Shown piece by piece: positions 63,750-64,000 of a stretch of DNA of 64,000 nt. The notes beneath the pieces are model-generated. The model was not told the DNA's origin. It ran no database searches and saw only the letters and a list, made by a program, of their open reading frames with translations. A program made the position numbers and the translations under genes. This DNA comes from Nitrospirota bacterium (GTDB taxonomy: Bacteria; Nitrospirota; Thermodesulfovibrionia; Thermodesulfovibrionales; SM23-35), in contig JBFMCL010000006.1 of the NCBI GenBank assembly GCA_040754395.1, positions 35,197 through 99,196 on the forward strand, read 5' to 3'. Every line of letters begins with the position of its first letter. The stretch's first letter is position 1.

Positions 63750-64000
63750 ATGAAGAAGAAAGCAGCAGGAGAAATACGCAAATGGCAGCGCTATCATTTT
63801 TTCGGCAGTGCATCGGTGCGCGTTGCTCGGTCCAAGGCCCCTATTGAAGCCATGATAGCAAACATTTCACTTTCAGGCATCGGGTTGTATTCATCAAAGC
63901 CCATAGGAAAAGGAAAAAAGGCTGCAATGACGATTGCCTTTCTGGACAAGGATGGAAAAATCCTCAAAGATTCCATCACGGGGAAAGTCGACTGGCAGAA
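63750..64000 (+). CDS. PilZ domain protein (canonical motifs), 3' end runs off the window
   Basis: Not in the track (no stop inside the window). MKKKAAGEIRKWQRYHFFGSASVRVARSKAPIEAMIANISLSGIGLYS... has RxxxR (RKWQR) and NxSxxG (NISLSG). Confidence 0.65.
   Translation, partial: MKKKAAGEIRKWQRYHFFGSASVRVARSKAPIEAMIANISLSGIGLYSSKPIGKGKKAAMTIAFLDKDGKILKDSITGKVDWQ

Noticed and set aside
1-64000. CRISPR arrays, tRNA/rRNA genes, IS elements, integrases, prophage or conjugation genes.
   Set aside because: I scanned the intergenic gaps longer than 150 nt and the ORF list. I found no spaced direct-repeat arrays, no tRNA-like T-arm (GGTTCGAATCC-type) sequences, and no transposase or integrase motifs. 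This absence is by eye only; tRNAscan, Infernal and ISfinder would settle it.

Overview
Chromosomal-looking window. By eye I found no rRNA, tRNA, CRISPR array, transposase or integrase. About 55 protein genes are supportable. Gene content (MetF/MetV plus an MvhD-type module, CooC, LarC, class II RNR, Nfu) suggests an anaerobic bacterium with C1/folate metabolism. Taxonomy cannot be fixed from this alone.

Left third: a c-di-GMP two-component operon (sensor kinase, CheY-like RR, REC-PAS-degenerate GGDEF-EAL), YajQ and a RelE/ParE toxin-antitoxin pair. It also holds housekeeping genes: pssA, leuA, class II RNR, arsC, a cell-wall amidase, a peptide-type ABC importer without ATPases, ychF and two tandem HtrA proteases.

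Middle (about 34-49 kb): the most unusual part, a cyclic-nucleotide/envelope signalling island. It encodes:
- a cNMP-binding-GAF protein
- a CHASE2 class III cyclase split by a frameshift
- a 1086-aa FecR-TPR-beta-barrel fusion
- a 66-aa Cys-rich peptide
- a 233-aa unknown protein
- a 1084-aa MalT-like STAND NTPase ending in a SARP (wHTH+BTAD) domain
- a small secreted protein
- a class-II-PDE-like MBL hydrolase
- a small basic protein

Four intergenic regions of this island carry the same 30-nt element of three direct heptamers in identical 7-4-7-5-7 geometry. The third heptamer reads as an extended -10. This is the architecture expected for SARP-type activator sites, so the island may be a self-contained regulon.

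Right third: hisC-hisB, cooC-usp-CaCA, rpoD (preceded by a perfect TGTGA-N6-TCACA palindrome), an internally deleted inositol monophosphatase remnant, and a folate/C1 cluster. The cluster comprises MTHFS, folE, folD, a GltD/NfnB-like-ferredoxin-MvhD fusion, metV, purD and metF.

All functional calls rest on my reading of the translated ORFs and motifs. No database search was run.
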